From Vulcanimicrobiota bacterium (GTDB lineage: Bacteria; Vulcanimicrobiota; Vulcanimicrobiia; Vulcanimicrobiales; Vulcanimicrobiaceae), in NCBI GenBank assembly GCA_003135555.1, contig PLCF01000062.1, forward strand, positions 62,981 through 126,980: a DNA stretch of 64,000 nucleotides, in the 5' to 3' direction. Within the stretch, counting starts at the first letter, position 1. Every line of letters begins with the position of its first letter. Shown piece after piece: positions 7,290 to 16,962 of this stretch. The notes beneath the pieces are model-generated. The model did no database searches, was not told the DNA's origin, and saw only the letters and a program-made list of their open reading frames with translations. The position numbers and the translations under genes are program-made.

Positions 7290-8588
7290 GTGGCGCTCAG
7301 CGATGCCTTGTCCCGCGTTTCGACCACCCTCGCCGATCTGCTGACCGACCGGATGGATCGCGTCGAGCCGATCTCGTTCGGGCCTCCGAAGCTCGACCCG
7401 GGGGCGATGGCCGGACCGCGGCTCAACCTGTTCCTGTTCCGCATCCACGAGAACCCCGCGTTCCGCAACGACGAGGACCCGCGTGTGGCGACGCCCGGCG
7501 TGCCCGGGCACCCGCCGCTCGCGCTGCAGCTCTCGTACCTGCTGACGAGCTACGGCGGACAGCCGGCCGGCGTGAACGCTCTCAGCGCCGACAGCATGAT
7601 GGATCTGGACGCGCAGTACATCCTCGCCGACGCGATGCGCGTACTCCACGACATCCCGATCGTGACGCGCTCGACGCCCCGCGTACGGATGCTCCATCCG
7701 GATCCGGTGATCCTCGACCCCGGGCTGCGCGCCGAGTACGAGTCGCTGCGCATCTCGCCGATCACCCTGACGATCGACGATCTGGCGAAGCTGTGGACCG
7801 CGTTCAAGGACGAGTTCCAGCGCTCGGTCGCATACGAGGTCTCGATCGTCCGCATCGAGACCGTCAAGCCGCGTGCGAGCGCCCAGCCGGTGCTCGTACG
7901 TCACGTCGCCGCGCGCGGCGGCATCCACTTCGCTCCGGTGATCCAGCGCATCGATCCGCCAGCGGTCGTCGCACAGGAGCAGGCGACCATCACCGGGACG
8001 GGCCTGGGCGCGATGACACTGATCGTGAGCGACGCGCTCGGCACCGGCTTCCCGCTGCAGCCTCGCACGATCAACGTCGTCCCAGACCTCGCCACTGGTG
8101 CGCTGCGGTTCGCGATCCCGAACGATCCCGCGCATTTCATGCCGGGGCGCAAGAGCATCGCGGCGCGCGTCGTCGATCCGGCGACGGGGCACGCGATCAC
8201 CTCGGACGCGTTCGAGCTCGTGCTGCTGCCCGACGTGACGGCGCTCTCGATCAACGCCTCGAAATTCGACGGGACGCAGGTGACGATCACCGGGAGTCTA
8301 CTCGGCCACGCTCCGCCGCCCGACTTGCCGACCGATCCGCTGATCCCGGTCGTGCTCTTCGGCGACTATCCGATCCCGCGCGCCGACACCGACTGCTCGA
8401 ACTTGGGCGCCGCTACGCCGAAGATCACCGTAACGCTCAATGCGCCCGACCCGCTCGGGCCGCAGCCGCCGGTCGGCCGGACCGTCCCGATTCGCGTGCG
8501 CGTGAACGGAGCCGAGAGCCGCACGTGGACGGTCGTGAACGGTCGCCCCGTCCCTCGCGCCGCCGTGCAGTACACGGTGCAACCCTGA
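7290..8588 (+). CDS. Pvc16/Afp16 (DUF4255) cap protein with C-terminal IPT/TIG-like domains
   Basis: RLNLFLFRIHENPAFRN, PPLALQLSYLLTSYG, LAKLWTAF, SVAYEVSIVRIE; then PVIQRIDP..ATITGTGL and VTITGSLL. Confidence 0.88.
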   Translation: MALSDALSRVSTTLADLLTDRMDRVEPISFGPPKLDPGAMAGPRLNLFLFRIHENPAFRNDEDPRVATPGVPGHPPLALQLSYLLTSYGGQPAGVNALSADSMMDLDAQYILADAMRVLHDIPIVTRSTPRVRMLHPDPVILDPGLRAEYESLRISPITLTIDDLAKLWTAFKDEFQRSVAYEVSIVRIETVKPRASAQPVLVRHVAARGGIHFAPVIQRIDPPAVVAQEQATITGTGLGAMTLIVSDALGTGFPLQPRTINVVPDLATGALRFAIPNDPAHFMPGRKSIAARVVDPATGHAITSDAFELVLLPDVTALSINASKFDGTQVTITGSLLGHAPPPDLPTDPLIPVVLFGDYPIPRADTDCSNLGAATPKITVTLNAPDPLGPQPPVGRTVPIRVRVNGAESRTWTVVNGRPVPRAAVQYTVQP

Positions 8589-10549
8589 TGGTCGCACAGG
8601 CAGTGTTCGCGGCCGACAACGGGGCGTATTTGCAAGCGCAGCTCGACCGCGTACGCGCGCTGCTCGCCGGCGCTGAGCGGGACGACCGTCTGCGGACCGA
8701 GCGCGTCGTCGATGCGATGGAGACATCGTGCGCGGACGGCGCCTTGCGCCTCCCGCGCCTCGCGCGGATCTTCCGCCTCGACCCGTTCGAACGCGACCTG
8801 CTCCTGCTTGCGGCGTGCGCCGACCTCGACGAGGGGGCCGGTGACGCGATAGCGGCGGCGCAGCGCTCATCGACGTTCTGGCCGACGATCGCGCTGGGCT
8901 GGCGGCTGTTCTGCGCCGGCGACGGCCAACGGATCGCGAGCCGCGACGCGCTGCGAGCCGACGCGCCGCTGTGGCGCTACCGGCTGCTCGAGACGGTGAA
9001 CGAAGGCGATCCGCTGCCGGACCGCATCGTGCGCGTCGATCGCCGGATCGCCGACGAGATCGCCGGTCGCGGCGCGCCCGACGGCCGTCTCGTTCCGTTC
9101 CTGATCCCGGCGCCGGCGATCTCTCGCGTCGATCAGACGGTCGTGCGTGCGCTGGCGCAGCGTCTGCGCGACGCCGTCGCGCGGCCCGACGCGCCGCTGC
9201 TAGTCGACCTGCGCGACGCGAGCGCCGACGACGCGCGCGCGCTGGCGGCCGCCGTGCTCGCGCAACTCGGCCTGCCGCTGCTCGCGGTTTCCGCGCCGTC
9301 GTTTCCGCACGACCTCACGATGCTGCTCGCCCGCGAGACGCTGCTGCTCCCGGCCGGCGTGCTCGTGGCCGATCTCGACGGCTGCGAGCGCTGCGACGAA
9401 CGCTGGTCGGCGCTCGCGCTGGGCGGGCCGCTGGTCTTCGTCAGCGGGACGGCGACGGTTGCGCTCCCGGCCGCGCTGCGCGCGATGCGCAGGGTCACGG
9501 TCGCCGTCGAGCCACCGGAACGCGCCGAGCGCGCAGCGCTGTGGACGCTCGCGCTCGGCGTAACCGAACCGCCGCACGATGCGGAAGCGGTCGAGGCCGT
9601 CGCCGAGCGGTTCGAGCTCGGCACCGGCGAGATCGTGCGCGCCGCCGCCGACGCCGTCGAAGCGGCCGCGCTACGCGGCGAAGCGCCGACGCTCGGTGAC
9701 CTGTGCACCGGCGCCGCGCGGACATTCGAGCACAAGATGCACGATCTCGCGCAGCGGCTCGTCCCTACGTTCGACTGGGACGATCTGCTCCTCCCCGACG
9801 AGACGCACGCGAAGCTGCGCGAGCTGGTCGATCAAGAGCGCGCGCAGACGCGCGTCCTGGACGAGTACGGTTTTCGCGCGCGGCTCTCACGCGGCCGCGC
9901 GGTGACGGCGCTCTTTGCCGGGCCGAGCGGGACGGGCAAGACGATGGCGTCCGAGGTGATCGCGCGCGCGATCGGCCGCGAGCTGTATCGCGTTGACCTC
10001 GCGCGCGTCGTGAGCAAGTACATCGGCGAAACGGAGAAGAACCTGCGCACGGTCTTCCGCGAAGCGGAGCGCGCGCGCTGCGTCGTCCTGTTCGACGAAG
10101 CGGACGCGCTGTTCGGCAAACGCACGCAAGTGCGCGACAGCCGCGACCGCTACGCGAACCTCGAGGTCAGCTACCTGCTGCAGCTGATGGAAGAGGCGGA
10201 GCGCGCCGTGCTGCTGCTCGCGACGAATCGCCGCGAGGCTATCGACGAAGCGTTCCTGCGCCGCTTCCGCTTCGTCGTTGAGTTCCCGGCGCCGGCAACC
10301 GATCTGCGCCGCACGCTGTGGCAGCGCAGCTTTCCGCAGGGCCCCGTCGAGGCGCTCAACGTCGAGGTACTGGCGGAACGCCTGATGCTCAGCCCCGCCG
10401 GCATCAAGAGCATCGCGCTCGCCGCGACGTTCCTCGCCGCGAGCGACGGCGAGCCCGTCCGCCCGCGGCACGTCGCGCACGCGACGCGGCGCGAGCTCGA
10501 GAAGATGGGGCGTCCCGCACCGTTCGCCGACGCTGAGCTCGAGCGATGA
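8588..10549 (+). CDS. AAA+ ATPase (Afp15/Pvc15-like)
   Basis: Walker A GPSGTGKT, VVSKYIGETEKNL, Walker B LFDEAD, DRYANLEVSYLLQ, DEAFLRRF. Confidence 0.95.
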   Translation: MVAQAVFAADNGAYLQAQLDRVRALLAGAERDDRLRTERVVDAMETSCADGALRLPRLARIFRLDPFERDLLLLAACADLDEGAGDAIAAAQRSSTFWPTIALGWRLFCAGDGQRIASRDALRADAPLWRYRLLETVNEGDPLPDRIVRVDRRIADEIAGRGAPDGRLVPFLIPAPAISRVDQTVVRALAQRLRDAVARPDAPLLVDLRDASADDARALAAAVLAQLGLPLLAVSAPSFPHDLTMLLARETLLLPAGVLVADLDGCERCDERWSALALGGPLVFVSGTATVALPAALRAMRRVTVAVEPPERAERAALWTLALGVTEPPHDAEAVEAVAERFELGTGEIVRAAADAVEAAALRGEAPTLGDLCTGAARTFEHKMHDLAQRLVPTFDWDDLLLPDETHAKLRELVDQERAQTRVLDEYGFRARLSRGRAVTALFAGPSGTGKTMASEVIARAIGRELYRVDLARVVSKYIGETEKNLRTVFREAERARCVVLFDEADALFGKRTQVRDSRDRYANLEVSYLLQLMEEAERAVLLLATNRREAIDEAFLRRFRFVVEFPAPATDLRRTLWQRSFPQGPVEALNVEVLAERLMLSPAGIKSIALAATFLAASDGEPVRPRHVAHATRRELEKMGRPAPFADAELER

Positions 10550-13500
10550 GCGCGGCCGTCGACGTCGCGGTTCCGGTGCCCTCGCAGACGGTGCAGCGCA
10601 AGTGCAGCGACGGCCCGTGCGCGTGCGGCTGCGCGAAGGAGCCCGAGCACGGCGCGACGATCCGACGTCAGCCCGCGACCGGCGGATACGCCGCGGCCGG
10701 CCCCGCCGCGCCGGCGACCGCGGCCCGCATCGGCGCGTCGCGCGGCGGCGGTGCGCCGCTGCCGCCGGCCGCGCGTACGCCGCTCGAGTCCAGCTTCGGC
10801 GGGCGCGATTTCTCCGCAGTGCGCGTGCATTCGGACCCGAGCGCGGATGCGTTGGCGCGATCGATGCACGCGCAGGCGTTCACCGTCGGCAACGACATCT
10901 TCTTTGCGGCGCATCGCTACGACCCGGCGAGTCTTGCGGGACAGCGCCTGCTCGCACACGAGCTGACGCACGTCGTGCAGCAGGATGGCAGTGCGGCGAG
11001 TGCGATGCAGCCGAAGCTCGAAATCGGCGCCGCGAACGCGCCAGCCGAGGCTGAAGCCGACCGCATCGCCGAGGCCGTCGTGTCGGGGCGCAACGCGGGG
11101 CCGATCGGCGCGTTTCCAGGCGCGACGATCCGCCGCGCGGGGGGACCGGGTATGCCGTCGTGTCCGGAGGGCACGCAGCAAGAGTCTGCCGACGACGTCG
11201 GGTCGATTCGATGCGTTCTCCCCAACGGCGATGAGCGCGTCGTCTTGTCGCACCAGAAGCCGTTTCAAGTCAGTCGGGGTAAGGTGGGTGCTTCGCCGGA
11301 TCTCAGCGAGACCGTCGCTCGCTATCAAGCATACGCTGACGCAAAACACCTGCAGAACGTACACGAGGGCCGCTCGGCTACCGGGAGCGATCCTTGGCCG
11401 GCATGGCGTGGCCGGCGCGCCCCAGCGGTCGTCCAAGCGGCAAAAACTCAGGGCCTCGAGGACAAGTGTTCCCCCGATCACGTCATCGAGCTACAGGTTG
11501 GAGGAGGCGACAGCGCCGACAACTTGCGATTGCTGGACCGGGAGCGCAACAGGGTGGCCGGGAGTCAGCTCGATCTGTGGCTCGGCGATTTGCGGAGGGA
11601 CTATTTCGGCACCCGCCGTCCGAAAGGCGCGATACTCCAGTTTACTGCCGCGGCCGCCGCGACCGACAAGCGCTTCACGGGCGTCGCGGACTCCAAGGAC
11701 CCCTGCCTCGAGTTCGACGCAAAAAACGCCGCGACCGGCGGACCGAAATCGAACGAAAAAGAGTTCCCGGAGTTCGATGTCGGCGGCCAAGCGACGCATG
11801 TGCGATATCGCAACGACGAAACACGGGAGGTCGTCCACCAGTCGAAGGCTGCCGTCGCGGGCTTCGAGCTGAAGAAAGTCATCGATCCGAGTGAAAGCGG
11901 GTTTTCAGCGAACATCAGCGAGAAGATCCGGCACATTCCATTCCTCAAAGGAACATTCGCCGACTTCAAGCTGCTCGTCGAGCCGTCCGGAGCGAAACGC
12001 GCAGTCAAGTTCGACAAGACAATGGCCGACATCGTGGCGCTGCAGATGTACTTTCCTGGGATGAGCAACGCGGTGCTTATTCCACGCCTCGAGCACGGCG
12101 AATACACGGCGGCAGGCGACTTTACGCCGACGCTCTTCCTGTTGCGCTACACGACGATGCATCTCGAGGTGAAGAAACAGTCGTTGAGTGCCACGTTGCG
12201 CGTCACTCCCGACAAAATCAAGCAGGCACTCCCGATCCCGGGTTTGACGATCGATCCGGTCACGCTGACGATCTCCGTCATCGACGGGGCGTTCAGCGCC
12301 GCAGGCCTGCTCGGATTCAAATACGGCAAGTTGATGACCGGTTCGATCGACACGCGCTGGCAGAACGGTGCGCTGCTCGGGGACGGGATCGTCGAGCTGC
12401 ACATCCCCGGCATCGATAAGGCCGAAGGGCAGGTCCATCTGCGAAACGGCCGCTTCACGGGTTCCGTCAACGTTCGCAAGGACAAGTTCAAGCTCCCCGG
12501 CGTCCGCGATGCGAACCTCACCGCCGCGATCGACGAGAACGCGATCCTGACCGGCAGTGGATCAGTCGGCCTGGAGATCCCGGGCTTGCAGCATCCGACG
12601 TTGCTCTTCACCTGCGACTCTCAGGGCAACTACGCAATCGCCGGTTCGGCGACCGCGTCGATCCCCGGTGTGAAGGATGCGCGCATAGCGATCACCTACG
12701 CGAACGGCGCGTTCAGCGGACGCGGACACGCGGGTTTCGCGATTCCCGGCCTTGACACCGCCGGAATCGATCTCGTCTACGCAAACGGCCAGTTCTCGGG
12801 AAGCGGGAGCGTTGACTTTCGCAAGGGCAAACTCGGCGGTCACCTGCAGATCAATTTGAGCCCGGCGCACAAGTTGAACGGCGGCGGCGACTTGCAGTAC
12901 GAGATCGCGCCCGGACTCGTGGCGATCGTCGGCATGCAAGTCCGCGAGGACGGCTCGACGCACGTGCAAGGTGAGTTGCGTCTCCCCGACCCGCTCGAAA
13001 TCTTCCCCGCCAAAGAATTCAAGAAGCGGCTTTTCGGCGTCTCGATCGACATCCCGATCTTCGGGATCAGCTTCGGTTCGACCAGCGTCGGGGTCATCGC
13101 CAATCTCACGGCCGCGGTCAATGCGAGCGCCGGCGTCGGGCCGGGGCAGATCCGTCACTCCAAGATCATCGCCGCGTTCGATCCGATGAAAGACCTCGCC
13201 GCGGCAACGTTCCGAGCGTCGGCGGAGCTGTACGTGCCGGCGCATGCCGAGATCGCCATCGTGCTCTCGGGCGGAATCGGCGTCAGCTTGTTGATCGTCA
13301 AGGCGATTGGTGGCATTTCGGCGACCGGCGAGGTCGGACTGATGGGTGCGCTCGCGGTCCCGATCGATCTCAAGTATATCGCCGGCAAGTTCTCCGTAAA
13401 CGGCGCAGCGGAACTCTTCGCCCAACCGCGAGTACGCTTTCACCTCGATGCGTTCGTCAAAGTCCAAGCCGATCTGTTGGTCACGACCATCGATGTCTAC

Positions 13501-13674
13501 ACCAAAGAGTGGAAGCTCGCGGCGTTCGAATGGGGGAGCGATTTCAAGATCGGCGTGCGCTTCCCGGTGCACTACACGTTCGGCGAGCCGTTCACTCTGT
13601 CGCTGAACCAGCTCGAGTTCATCGCACCGCAGGTCGACGCGCGCAAGCTCGTCCACGACCTGCTGCCGAAGTGA
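10546..13674 (+). CDS. DUF4157 (eCIS core) protein with HNH-like motif and beta-repeat C-terminal half; candidate effector
   Basis: QRKC..CACGC, DFSAVRVH, AQAFTVGNDIFF, LLAHELTHVVQQ; DHVIELQVGG..NLRLLD...N; repeated [IL]PG[ILV] units. Confidence 0.88.
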   Translation: MSAAVDVAVPVPSQTVQRKCSDGPCACGCAKEPEHGATIRRQPATGGYAAAGPAAPATAARIGASRGGGAPLPPAARTPLESSFGGRDFSAVRVHSDPSADALARSMHAQAFTVGNDIFFAAHRYDPASLAGQRLLAHELTHVVQQDGSAASAMQPKLEIGAANAPAEAEADRIAEAVVSGRNAGPIGAFPGATIRRAGGPGMPSCPEGTQQESADDVGSIRCVLPNGDERVVLSHQKPFQVSRGKVGASPDLSETVARYQAYADAKHLQNVHEGRSATGSDPWPAWRGRRAPAVVQAAKTQGLEDKCSPDHVIELQVGGGDSADNLRLLDRERNRVAGSQLDLWLGDLRRDYFGTRRPKGAILQFTAAAAATDKRFTGVADSKDPCLEFDAKNAATGGPKSNEKEFPEFDVGGQATHVRYRNDETREVVHQSKAAVAGFELKKVIDPSESGFSANISEKIRHIPFLKGTFADFKLLVEPSGAKRAVKFDKTMADIVALQMYFPGMSNAVLIPRLEHGEYTAAGDFTPTLFLLRYTTMHLEVKKQSLSATLRVTPDKIKQALPIPGLTIDPVTLTISVIDGAFSAAGLLGFKYGKLMTGSIDTRWQNGALLGDGIVELHIPGIDKAEGQVHLRNGRFTGSVNVRKDKFKLPGVRDANLTAAIDENAILTGSGSVGLEIPGLQHPTLLFTCDSQGNYAIAGSATASIPGVKDARIAITYANGAFSGRGHAGFAIPGLDTAGIDLVYANGQFSGSGSVDFRKGKLGGHLQINLSPAHKLNGGGDLQYEIAPGLVAIVGMQVREDGSTHVQGELRLPDPLEIFPAKEFKKRLFGVSIDIPIFGISFGSTSVGVIANLTAAVNASAGVGPGQIRHSKIIAAFDPMKDLAAATFRASAELYVPAHAEIAIVLSGGIGVSLLIVKAIGGISATGEVGLMGALAVPIDLKYIAGKFSVNGAAELFAQPRVRFHLDAFVKVQADLLVTTIDVYTKEWKLAAFEWGSDFKIGVRFPVHYTFGEPFTLSLNQLEFIAPQVDARKLVHDLLPK

Positions 13675-13687
13675 TACGAGGACGACG

Positions 13688-14356
13688 ATGCTCGCGAAAG
13701 CCGCGCTGATCAGCTTCGCCGGGGGATTCATCGGACCGATCCCCGACGTCGTCGTGTTCCAGTACAATCCGGCGGAGCTCACCCGCACGCTCACGCAGAA
13801 GCGCGCGCCGGGGTGCGGTACCGGCGAAGCGAGCCAGTCCGAGGCGTTCAAGGTCGACGGGCCGCCGAACGAAACGATCGCGTTCAAAGCCGAGTTCGAT
13901 GGCGACGACATGGCGATGGACGGAAACCCGGTCACGCCGCTGGTCGGCGTGCGTGCCGCGCTCGCGTCGCTGGAGCTGCTGCTCTACGCCAAGGACCAGC
14001 AGGGACTCGGCTCGATCGGCGGCCTCGCGGGAAGCCTCGCGGGCCTGCTCGGCGGCGGCGGCGGTTCGCAAAACCTGCCGCCCGACGAGCTGCCCGTCGT
14101 CATCTTCGTGTGGGGACCGGGCCGCGTGCTCCCCGTTCGGCTGACGGCGCTCACCGTTCGCGAGCTCGAGTTCGACCTGCTGCTCAACCCGATTCGCGCC
14201 GAGGTCGACCTCTCGCTCGAGATCCTCAAACGCCTGCCGACCGATCATCCGGCGCGCGGCGTGTACGACTACACGGAGAAGCAGATGCGCATCGTCTCGA
14301 GACTGCAGCTCGTCAACAACGTTCAGTCCGTGCTCGCCGGGCTCTCGCTGTTCTGA
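13688..14356 (+). CDS. CIS tube-initiator protein (Afp7-like)
   Basis: VFQYNPAELTRTL, LPVVIFVWGPGRVLPVRLT, FDLLLNPIRAEVDLSL. Confidence 0.85.
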   Translation: MLAKAALISFAGGFIGPIPDVVVFQYNPAELTRTLTQKRAPGCGTGEASQSEAFKVDGPPNETIAFKAEFDGDDMAMDGNPVTPLVGVRAALASLELLLYAKDQQGLGSIGGLAGSLAGLLGGGGGSQNLPPDELPVVIFVWGPGRVLPVRLTALTVRELEFDLLLNPIRAEVDLSLEILKRLPTDHPARGVYDYTEKQMRIVSRLQLVNNVQSVLAGLSLF

Positions 14357-14357
14357 C

Positions 14358-14639
14358 ATGTTCGATCCGGGCTCGCGCTACGCGAGCGTCGCAACGATCA
14401 CGGTCCAGGACGACGCCGGACGCTCCGTCGCGATCGTCAAGTTGCGCCTGATCCCGCCGACTTCGGCGGCGATCACGCGGCGCGTCGTCGCCGAAGATCG
14501 CCCCGACCTGCTCGCGCACCACTACTACAAAGACCCGACGCGCTACTGGCGCATCGCCGACGCGGGCTTCGTGCTCGATCCGATGGAGTCGTACGCGACC
14601 GCTGGTGCCGTCATCCCGATCCCCGCCGGAGGAGCGTAG
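14358..14639 (+). CDS. LysM/tail-X-like small baseplate protein
   Basis: MFDPGSRY, DRPDLLAHHYYKDPTRYWRIADA. Confidence 0.85.
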   Translation: MFDPGSRYASVATITVQDDAGRSVAIVKLRLIPPTSAAITRRVVAEDRPDLLAHHYYKDPTRYWRIADAGFVLDPMESYATAGAVIPIPAGGA

Positions 14640-14640
14640 C

Positions 14641-15738
14641 GTGGCCGCCAAACCGCAGGTCACGATCTTCGTCGACGACAAGGCGCTCGAACCGAAGTAC
14701 CTGCGGCTGCTGCGCGGTCTGGAGGTGCAGCAAGCCGTCCACACGCAGGCGCAGTTTCACCTCCGCTTCTCGATCGGCCAGGACGCGACCGGCGACTGGG
14801 CGGCGTTCGCGGAGAAGACGTTCAAGCCGTCGCAGTCGATCAAGATCGAGGCGAAGGTCACCGATCGAACCGTCCGCCTCATCAACGGCATCCTCACCCA
14901 GCTCAAGATGAACTTCAAGGCCGATCCGTGCGAGTCGGAGATGGAGCTGAGCGGGTTCGACGCGCTCGAGAAGCTCAAACGCAGCCAGCCCACGGGCAAA
15001 TTCAAGGGCCGAGATATCCCGACCGTCGTCAACTACGTGTTCGATGCGGCCGACATCGCACCGGCCGACACTGCGAAGATCCCCAATCTGGGCGCGAGCG
15101 ATCCGCAGCGCAAGGTGTTGATGCAGGCGCACGACGATCTCGAGTTCTTGCGCATGCTCGCGACGACGGTGAACTGCGAGGTCTACGTCGAGCCGACCGC
15201 GAGCGCCGATCAGGGCCACTTCGAGCCGCTCGATCTCGACGCCGCGCAGGAGCTGACCGCCACGATCAACGTCAATCAGGGCGATCGCACCAACGTGCGC
15301 AACGCGCAGTTCTACTACGACCTCAGCCAGGAGACGGTGGTCGAGGCCGACTTCGTCGACGCGAACGGGAAGCACACGACGAGCGTCACCAAGAGCTTGG
15401 GCGATCAGCTCTCAGAGCGCGACAAGACGGTTCTCGGGCCGCCGGGCTTCCAATCCGTCAAGCGGCTCGAACGCCACGGCCGCGAAGATCGCAAGGAGCT
15501 CGAGCGGCTGTGCGAGGCCGAGCTCGACAAGCTTGCGTGGGTCGTGATCGGGAAAGGCGAGCTCGACTCGGCGGCGTACGGCGACGTCCTCGTTCCGCGC
15601 CACCGGGTCGTCGTGAACGGCGCGGCGACGGCGTTCAACGGCCGGTACCTGGTGTGGAGCGTGAAGCACACGTTCACCCGCGAGCTGTACTGCCAGTCGT
15701 TCGAGCTGCGGCGCAAGCTCGGGGTGCAGACGTCGTGA
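14641..15738 (+). CDS. Phage late-control D/gp27-like baseplate hub
   Basis: GGAG RBS, GTG start; QAHDDLEFLRMLA, GELDSAAYGDVL, FNGRYLVWSVKHTF; sits before the gp5 gene. Confidence 0.85.
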   Translation: MAAKPQVTIFVDDKALEPKYLRLLRGLEVQQAVHTQAQFHLRFSIGQDATGDWAAFAEKTFKPSQSIKIEAKVTDRTVRLINGILTQLKMNFKADPCESEMELSGFDALEKLKRSQPTGKFKGRDIPTVVNYVFDAADIAPADTAKIPNLGASDPQRKVLMQAHDDLEFLRMLATTVNCEVYVEPTASADQGHFEPLDLDAAQELTATINVNQGDRTNVRNAQFYYDLSQETVVEADFVDANGKHTTSVTKSLGDQLSERDKTVLGPPGFQSVKRLERHGREDRKELERLCEAELDKLAWVVIGKGELDSAAYGDVLVPRHRVVVNGAATAFNGRYLVWSVKHTFTRELYCQSFELRRKLGVQTS

Positions 15739-16271
15739 CCGACCTCGAGGCGCTCCACCGCGCGGTCGTCGGGCTCTCGCAGCAGCAGCAGCGGCGCTAC
15801 TACGGCAAGTTTCGCGGGATCGTCACCGACAACGACGATCCCGGGAAGCGCGGGCGCATCCGCGCGAAGGTCCCCGAGCTGTTCGGCGACGTGGAGACCG
15901 GCTGGGCGCTGGCGTGCGTCGCGTACGCGCCGAAGGGACACGGCTTCCTCGCGCTGCCCGAGACCGCGGACACGGTGTGGATCGAGTTCGAGGGCGGCGA
16001 CCCGTCGTATCCGGTGTGGAGCGGCTGCTGGTGGCCCGAGACCGGTGCCCCCACGATCGACTCGCCGCACGTGAAGATCTTCGAGACGGCGGCGGGCAAC
16101 CGCATCAGGCTCGACGACAGCGAGGGCGCGGAGCGCGTCACGATCGAGGACAAGAACGGCTCGTCGATCGTGATCGACCAGAGCGGGATCACGATCACGA
16201 AGGGCTCGATGAAGATCGTCCTCGCCGACGCGCAGGTGTCGATCAACGACGATGCGCTCGTGGTGATGTGA
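15735..16271 (+). CDS. Baseplate assembly protein V/gp5 OB-fold spike
   Basis: YYGKFRGIVTDNDDPGKRGRIRAKVP, GWALAC, LPETADTVWIEFEGGDPSYPVWSG. Confidence 0.93.
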   Translation: MTDLEALHRAVVGLSQQQQRRYYGKFRGIVTDNDDPGKRGRIRAKVPELFGDVETGWALACVAYAPKGHGFLALPETADTVWIEFEGGDPSYPVWSGCWWPETGAPTIDSPHVKIFETAAGNRIRLDDSEGAERVTIEDKNGSSIVIDQSGITITKGSMKIVLADAQVSINDDALVVM

Positions 16272-16603
16272 TGGGCGCCGCGATCCTGCAATCCGGCTGC
16301 TCGATGATGTGCCCGCACGGCGGGCAAGTCCAAGTCGCTCCGTCGCAGTCCAAGGTGCTGCTGGGCGGCGCGCCGGCGCTGCTCGCGAGCGACACGACGC
16401 TCGTCGCGGGCTGCGCGTTCGCGATCGGGCCGAAGCCGCAGCCGTGCCTGACCGTGGAGTGGAGCGCGCCGGCGACGAAAGTGACGATCGCGAACCAGGC
16501 GCCGCTGCTGCAGACCAGCGTCGGGCTGTGCAAATCGGCCGAAGGGATCCCGCAAGGCACCGTGCTGATCGTCAGCACGCAGACCAAGGTGCTCGCGACG
16601 TGA
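16271..16603 (+). CDS. PAAR-like (DUF4280-type) spike tip
   Basis: MMCPHGG, VAGCAF, PQPC, LCKS Cys/His pattern; follows the spike gene. Confidence 0.8.
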   Translation: MGAAILQSGCSMMCPHGGQVQVAPSQSKVLLGGAPALLASDTTLVAGCAFAIGPKPQPCLTVEWSAPATKVTIANQAPLLQTSVGLCKSAEGIPQGTVLIVSTQTKVLAT

Positions 16604-16962
16604 GCGCCGTGTGGTTCGACCAGCCGTATTCCGTCGACGCGCGGGGGCGTTCGGCGACGACGGGCGCCGACGACCACGTGCGCGATCTGATCGCGGCGGT
16701 GCTCTTCACCAGCCCGGGCGAACGCGTGATGCATCCCGATTTCGGCTGCGGGCTGCGCCAGCTCGTCTTCGCGCCGAACTCCGACCTCCTCGCCACCGCG
16801 ACCGAAGCGCTCTGCGCCGCGGCGCTCAACCACTTCCTCGCCGACTGGATCGTCGTCGACAAGCTCGAGGTGCAGACCGACGACGCGACCCTGCTGGTGC
16901 GGCTCTCGTATCGCCGCCGTGACGTCCAGGAGCCGCAGCTCCTCACGCTGGTGAGCACATGA
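16600..16962 (+). CDS. GPW/gp25 baseplate protein (Afp9-like)
   Basis: HVRDLIAAVLFTSPGERVMHPDFGCGL. Confidence 0.93.
   Translation: MSAVWFDQPYSVDARGRSATTGADDHVRDLIAAVLFTSPGERVMHPDFGCGLRQLVFAPNSDLLATATEALCAAALNHFLADWIVVDKLEVQTDDATLLVRLSYRRRDVQEPQLLTLVST

Noticed and set aside
14641..16271. Split VgrG (separate gp27 and gp5 genes) as a novelty
   Set aside because: This arrangement is common in eCIS and phage tails.
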